Part shown: piece by piece, positions 63,839 through 64,000 of the stretch | Layout: each line of letters opens with the position of its first letter | Position numbering within the stretch: the stretch's first letter is position 1 | NCBI GenBank assembly: GCA_949948745.1 | Contig: CATLHA010000001.1 | Location: 17,919 to 81,918, forward strand | Length of the DNA stretch: 64,000 bases | Origin: an uncultured Bacillales bacterium | GTDB taxonomy: Bacteria > Bacillota_I > Bacilli_A > RF39 > UBA660 | Direction: 5' to 3' | Made by a program: the position numbers and the translations under genes | Notes under the pieces: model-generated | Database searches by the model: none | Seen by the model: the letters and a program-made list of their open reading frames with translations, nothing else | What the model was told of the DNA's origin: nothing

Positions 63839-64000
63839 TATTTTTCTACTTCTTTATCTAATAAATCAAACAATATTTTATACTCGTCTTTATATATTAC
63901 TAAATCTGCTTGTTTCCTTTGAATCATTTCTTTAAATTTCTGATACGGTACGAAAAGAATTTCAGATATTTCTTCTTTTTGATAAGTTAACTCCTCTATT
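63838..64000 (-). CDS. 3' end of an unidentified gene (runs off the right edge)
   Basis: Hand translation of the minus strand gives ...IEELTYQKEEISEILFVPYQKFKEMIQRKQADLVIYKDEYKILFDLLDKEVEK then a stop, which abuts the terminator. Product not identifiable from 53 residues. Confidence 0.4.
   Translation of the reverse strand, partial: IEELTYQKEEISEILFVPYQKFKEMIQRKQADLVIYKDEYKILFDLLDKEVEK

Noticed and set aside
1-64000. Looked for rRNA, tRNA, CRISPR arrays, transposases, integrases and terminal inverted repeats of IS elements.
   Set aside because: No cloverleaf-like GC-rich 70-90 nt blocks, no regularly spaced direct repeats and no DDE or tyrosine/serine recombinase-like ORFs were seen. The only long repeat is the SDR 5' duplication. 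This was a by-eye scan, so small or degenerate elements could have been missed.

Overview
AT-rich, low-GC Bacillota-type chromosomal segment, possibly Erysipelotrichia- or Clostridia-like (my guess from gene content). Nearly all genes lie on the minus strand. The backbone is housekeeping. It holds the complete S10-spc-alpha ribosomal protein cluster (rpsJ to rplQ, 6.9-20.4 kb) with secY, adk and infA, followed by ecfA1-ecfA2-ecfT-truA. It also holds a fragmented glycolytic set (gap, pgk, tpiA, gpmI), spo0A, clpP, yvcK-whiA, lemA/TPM, trxB, lgt, uvrA and uvrB. Small accessory blocks interrupt conserved gene orders at rplQ/ecfA, pgk/tpiA/gpmI, gap/pgk and uvrB/uvrA. The best candidates for undescribed biology are four. 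(1) A tight operon at 60.5-63.2 kb encodes a radical-SAM::Nudix fusion protein, a SAM methyltransferase and a PnuC-type nucleoside transporter. (2) A plus-strand island at 31.2-35.1 kb carries an NrtR-type Nudix regulator and three copies of one palindromic operator. The operators front an operon with a histidine phosphatase, an unknown protein and a P-loop kinase::CYTH fusion. (3) An orphan promoter with tandem terminators lies upstream of an SPFH gene. (4) A 29-aa hydrophobic small ORF lies upstream of gpmI. Several decayed genes are visible: an SDR 5' remnant, a HAD hydrolase with an in-frame TAA, and a probable twice-frameshifted gene next to a non-canonical Fic-like protein. I saw no rRNA, tRNA, CRISPR array, transposase or integrase. 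All family calls come from by-eye motif recognition, and no database search was run.
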